IMG/VR virus record: IMGVR_UViG_3300025319_000005
Coordinates: 124,001 to 188,000 of that record
DNA: 64,000 bases
Direction: 5' to 3' (one strand)
Part shown: positions 62,296 through 64,000 of the stretch, in pieces
Layout of the letters: every line of letters starts with the position of its first letter
Position numbering within the stretch: position 1 is the first letter of the stretch
Translations under genes and position numbers: made by a program
The notes under the pieces: model-generated
Told to the model about the DNA's origin: nothing
What the model saw: the letters and a program-made list of their open reading frames with translations, nothing else
The model's database searches: none

Positions 62296-62445
62296 TTATT
62301 TACATTTTTCTTCTTTAGATAACTCTTCTATAATAACAGAAAGTTGTCCACATGCGGCACCGTTGTTAATTTCTGATTGAGTTGCCACTGCTACGGCATA
62401 TTCAAAACCGCTTTCTTCTAATTGTTTTTTTATTTCTTCGTTCAT
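62296..62445 (-). CDS. 49-aa peptide matching the C-terminus of RlmN-like radical SAM enzymes (not in ORF track)
   Basis: MNEEIKKQLEESGFEYAVAVATQSEINNGAACGQLSVIIEELSKEEKCK contains AACGQL. Confidence 0.7.
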   Translation of the reverse strand: MNEEIKKQLEESGFEYAVAVATQSEINNGAACGQLSVIIEELSKEEKCK

Positions 62446-62457
62446 TTTTTTGTTTTT

Positions 62458-63345
62458 TTAAATTAAAGTTAAACCGTTAAATCCAAATTTTAAATTCTTA
62501 CCATTAAATACAACTAAATTAGAAGGATGTTCTGGCTTTAAAACGCATCTTGAGTATGCTTTTACAACCTCTATATCTAATTTTTCTGGTATATATAAAT
62601 AGTTATTACATTTACAACTATCAAAATAATTCCATTGTTTTGATAATAACATTCTTTTCGTTTTAAAATCAAAACTCGAAAAGTCTATAAAATTTTCTTT
62701 ACAAAAGTCATTAATTTTCATCAAAGAAACAAATCCAACATCATATATTTTTAAAAAATTTGCAAATTCTAAAAATTCGTATATTTCTTTCTCAGAATCA
62801 ATATTGTTTTTAATTAGATTACAACTTAAATGTAGTAAGTTTTTGTTAATTAATTTTTCTTGAGCTCTTTTTAACTCTACGGTAGATAATGCCTTAAAAC
62901 CTAAAATTTCATTATTCTTAACATCTTCATAGTGATGTCTACTAATAGAAATGCTATCAAAATTATTTATTTCGCCATTCTCGAATAAATTTAATAATTG
63001 AAATCCATTTGTGTTCATTACAAGAAATGTTTCCGGAAAGTAAAATCGAATTAAATCAATTATTTTATAAAGTTTTTTTAGTTCTAAAGTTGGTTCACCT
63101 CCAGTGATTGATATTTTTTTAACTTCAATTTCTTCTTTTAATGAAATTAAAGTTTGTTCAAATTTTTCAAAATCAAAAGCGTTTGCTACATTTTTAAACT
63201 CACAAAAAGAACAATTTGCGTTACATCCATTTAATTGAACATATAAATTAATATACGGTTCCGTTATTGGAACCATTTCACAGCCATTTAATGAACAGTT
63301 ATGAGATTTTAAATCTATAGTTTTCCCAAAAATAGTTGTTTGCAT
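62458..63345 (-). CDS. radical SAM protein
   Basis: CNANCSFC, ITGGEP, MNTNG. Confidence 0.9.
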   Translation of the reverse strand: MQTTIFGKTIDLKSHNCSLNGCEMVPITEPYINLYVQLNGCNANCSFCEFKNVANAFDFEKFEQTLISLKEEIEVKKISITGGEPTLELKKLYKIIDLIRFYFPETFLVMNTNGFQLLNLFENGEINNFDSISISRHHYEDVKNNEILGFKALSTVELKRAQEKLINKNLLHLSCNLIKNNIDSEKEIYEFLEFANFLKIYDVGFVSLMKINDFCKENFIDFSSFDFKTKRMLLSKQWNYFDSCKCNNYLYIPEKLDIEVVKAYSRCVLKPEHPSNLVVFNGKNLKFGFNGLTLI

Positions 63346-63347
63346 TT

Positions 63348-63659
63348 TTAACAGTGGCTAAAATTACTTGTTTTACCTCCTCTACCACACGGATCTACAT
63401 CAGAAGAATTAGAAGAAGATTTTCTCTTTAAGTCTTCAATTTCTTTTTTTAATTTTTCCAACTCTAAACATTTTTTATCTAATTCAATTTGTGTTTTACA
63501 CTTTAATTTGAATTCTTTCAAAACTGCTTCTGAAATTTGCCCAGTATCAACAAGTGTTTTTTCTGCTGCTTCAACAAAAGTTTCCATATCGTTTGGGTGA
63601 GTTTTAGAAAAAAATTTATAATATTCTTCCAAAAATGCTATTTCGTCTTTTTTTGCCAT
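63348..63659 (-). CDS. hypothetical protein
   Basis: 103-aa ORF. Confidence 0.55.
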   Translation of the reverse strand: MAKKDEIAFLEEYYKFFSKTHPNDMETFVEAAEKTLVDTGQISEAVLKEFKLKCKTQIELDKKCLELEKLKKEIEDLKRKSSSNSSDVDPCGRGGKTSNFSHC

Positions 63660-63666
63660 GTTGTTT

Positions 63667-64000
63667 TTATTTTAAATTTACACCTTCAATAACTCCTTCT
63701 CCAAGATGGTTATTATTAGAAACTTCATTTGGATTTATAGGACTTAATTTAATGAAAAAATTGTCCTTATCAAAATTTTCTTTTAATTTATCAATATTAA
63801 AATCACTTTCATCAACTAAAGTCATGTTTAAAGTAGTTTTTAAGTTGCTGAAAGTTTTTATTTTTCCAAGTTCTGAAATTGTCATTTTCTTTTTGTATGG
63901 AATTAGCCAATTTCTTTTTTCATCTTCCAGTGAATGCAAAGATACTTGAAGAGTGATATTATCTTTTATCCAACTAAAATCAGCATCTTTAATTCCAATT
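63667..64000 (-). CDS. RlmN-like radical SAM protein, 3' part (5' end outside the window)
   Basis: frame stays open to the window edge: IGIKDADFSWIKDNITLQVSLHSL..RNWLIP..IKLSPINPN; ends without ACGQL. Confidence 0.6.
   Translation of the reverse strand, partial: IGIKDADFSWIKDNITLQVSLHSLEDEKRNWLIPYKKKMTISELGKIKTFSNLKTTLNMTLVDESDFNIDKLKENFDKDNFFIKLSPINPNEVSNNNHLGEGVIEGVNLK

Noticed and set aside
3344-63949. Numerous 60-120 aa ORFs antisense to long genes (e.g. 6073, 8513, 20058, 22268, 29074, 40850, 56772, 63635)
   Set aside because: Shadow ORFs typical of AT-rich coding DNA; F/L/S-rich with no motifs or promoters
1-64000. Eukaryotic giant virus (NCLDV) origin suggested by the FARS2-type PheRS
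   Set aside because: Bacteroidetes promoters, bacterial-type RNase P RNA and tRNAs, intrinsic terminators, translation-coupled attenuators and T4-like capsid/terminase fragments indicate a phage

Overview
AT-rich 64 kb segment of a jumbo/mega tailed phage, most likely infecting Bacteroidota. Support: Bacteroidetes-type TAnnTTTG promoters, no obvious Shine-Dalgarno sites, a DUF3127-like protein and T4-like capsid/terminase fragments. All family calls come from motif recognition by eye; no database search was run. Contents: (1) Metabolism and translation genes: thyA, dNMP kinase, organellar-type monomeric PheRS, cysC, sulfotransferase, nadD, radical SAM enzymes and three DNA methyltransferases. 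(2) About 21 tRNA genes in two minus-strand operons, with a compact RNase P RNA, several non-canonical tRNA-like RNAs, two unidentified ~300-nt structured RNAs and free-standing homing endonucleases. (3) A large family of putatively late proteins that share a basic-helix...[ILV]xE leader and are often multi-module. The most striking undescribed-looking system is three small leader ORFs missing from the ORF track (52761-52889, 61175-61264, 58842-58907). Each sits between a promoter region and a tRNA block, is followed by alternative antiterminator/terminator helices, and has a codon run matching the amino acids of the downstream tRNAs. This suggests ribosome-mediated attenuation of phage tRNA operons. 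Other highlights: three GAA-anticodon tRNA-like RNAs alongside the mitochondrial-type PheRS, five virion-protein-fragment ORFs sharing an R[FI]V[IL]xEKY tag, and a split RlmN-like enzyme.
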